Shown here in pieces: positions 63,430-64,000 of a stretch of DNA of 64,000 nucleotides. Each line of letters opens with the position of its first letter. The first letter of the stretch is position 1. Below the pieces are notes generated by a model. The model had not been told where the DNA came from. It did no database searches and worked only from the letters and a program-made list of their open reading frames with translations. Made by a program: the position numbers and the translations under genes. The DNA comes from Lama guanicoe (lineage: Eukaryota). The stretch lies in NCBI GenBank assembly GCA_013239625.1, contig MU053810.1, forward strand, positions 2,057,518 through 2,121,517, in the 5' to 3' direction.

Positions 63430-63765
63430 AAAAAAACACAAGCAATCCAGGTTAAAAAAAAAATGGGCAGAGGACCTGAATAAACATTTTTCCAAGGAAG
63501 ACACAGAGATGCCAACAGACACAGGAAAAGATGCTCAGCATCACTAATCATCACAGAAATGCAAATCAAAACCACAATGAGATACCATCTATGCTTATTA
63601 AAATGGCTATTGTCAAAGAGACAAGAAACAAATGTTGATGGGCATGTGGAGAAAAGGAAATCTTCCTGCACTCTTGGACTGAATATAAACTGGTGCAGCC
63701 ACTGTGGAAAACAGTATGGAGGTTCCTCAAAAAATTAAAAATAAAGCTACCATGTGATCCAGGAA
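63345..63765 (+). mobile_element. L1 ORF2 C-terminal fragment with internal A47 run
   Basis: aaatgggcagaggacctgaataaacatttttccaaggaagac...gaaatgcaaatcaaaaccacaatgagatacca; A homopolymer at 63382-63428. Confidence 0.9.
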
Positions 63766-64000
63766 AAAAGAAAAGTCCCTCCTTCAAGTCTGTTTAGAAG
63801 AAGAGCAACAAGACGGATGGTAATGCCAGCACGTGGTTACACATGGGACAAGAAACAGCTCTTTAAACTTATGAAATCATTAGCAATGTTATCCTCTCAT
63901 GTGGTATTTCAATATGTCTAAAGTCCATGGACGACTGGATTCGAGACACATCTATGCATTTGTATGTATGGAAACATAGGCTAGACATAAGAGGCATATG

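Overview
Mammalian genomic DNA, most likely a camelid (inferred from two tRNA-derived Vic-1-like SINEs). No prokaryotic systems, CRISPR arrays or true RNA genes were seen. The right half holds the 3' part of NEBL (nebulette / LIM-nebulette) on the minus strand: ten coding exons from 62704 to the SH3 exon stopping at 31332, reconstructed in frame with splice sites, followed by a probable ~5 kb 3' UTR. There are two L1-mediated processed pseudogenes with poly(A) tails and target-site duplications (TSDs): RECQL4 (6873-10493, minus, downstream of NEBL) and DNAJC4 (44914-46074, plus, antisense inside a NEBL intron). The rest is intronic or intergenic DNA with MLT1 LTRs, L1, L2, CR1/L3, MIR, MER5 and mariner relics. 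Best leads: (1) a 35-nt candidate NEBL exon with an overlapping TAATG stop/start that would split off an SH3-only ORF; (2) an 81-nt frame-preserving candidate exon carrying a KQVRF PP1-docking-type motif; (3) an AT-to-GC substitution excess at the 5' ends of both retrocopies; (4) retrocopies that may preserve unusual splice forms; (5) an AB-AB exon duplication with inherited GC donors. Comparisons to human proteins, exon numbers and repeat consensus sequences are from memory, not from a search, and novelty cannot be confirmed without databases.
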